Below, piece after piece: positions 63,913-64,000 of a stretch of 64,000 nt of DNA. How positions within the stretch are numbered: the first letter of the stretch is position 1; every line of letters starts with the position of its first letter. A model generated the notes under the pieces. The model saw only the letters and a program-made list of their open reading frames with translations. It was not told where the DNA came from and made no database searches. A program made the position numbers and the translations under genes. Origin of the DNA: Armatimonadota bacterium (lineage in GTDB: Bacteria; Armatimonadota; SYMT01); assembly GCA_046292385.1 (NCBI GenBank), contig JBKBRF010000006.1, forward strand, positions 96,001 to 160,000, written 5' to 3'.

Positions 63913-64000
63913 ATGGGCACGGAAGTTACCAAAGTATACACTGGAGCGGTCGAGTTCAACAGCTGGGCACGTGACCACACCGTGCTTATGTATTCTGACG
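63913..64000 (+). CDS. Start of an ORF running off the window, possibly MEDS-domain-like
   Basis: MGTEVTKVYTGAVEFNSWARDHTVLMYSD...; DH...Y.D resembles the MEDS N-terminus; only 29 codons visible. Confidence 0.3.
   Translation, partial: MGTEVTKVYTGAVEFNSWARDHTVLMYSD

Overview
High-GC bacterial chromosome segment. Gene repertoire, SecA insertions and intergenic repeats suggest a diderm such as Armatimonadota; this is inference only. Contents in order: DUF1287/AIM24/DUF2339 genes; a NAGPA-like lipoprotein; three secreted beta-propeller repeat proteins; a secA-small ORF-prfB (programmed +1 frameshift)-M28 peptidase unit; a TPR protein; a secreted M24-fold protein; an AT-richer orphan; a seven-gene epimerase/dehydrogenase/GT4/3xCgeB glycan cluster; a CPA2 antiporter-USP fusion; a pyrR-pyrB-pyrC-carA-carB operon with a PyrR attenuator, followed by Gfo/Idh/MocA-larB-vapBC-larC and two redoxin-domain genes; a five-gene operon (acidic protein, two ParA/MinD ATPases, atypical Hsp70, GrpE-like protein); two FKBP PPIases; a quinone reductase; an internally deleted IS66; and the start of a lower-GC island carrying a TolC-family gene. 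Two observations stand out. (1) The ParA-ParA-Hsp70-GrpE-like operon, most of whose products carry apparent membrane-targeting segments, is a candidate positioned-chaperone system. (2) A UGA-interrupted redoxin with a UxxC motif and SECIS-like hairpin is a probable selenoprotein, paired with a Cys-less paralog and translationally coupled to larC. Several REP/MITE-like repeat families fill the intergenic regions. No rRNA, tRNA or CRISPR array was seen.
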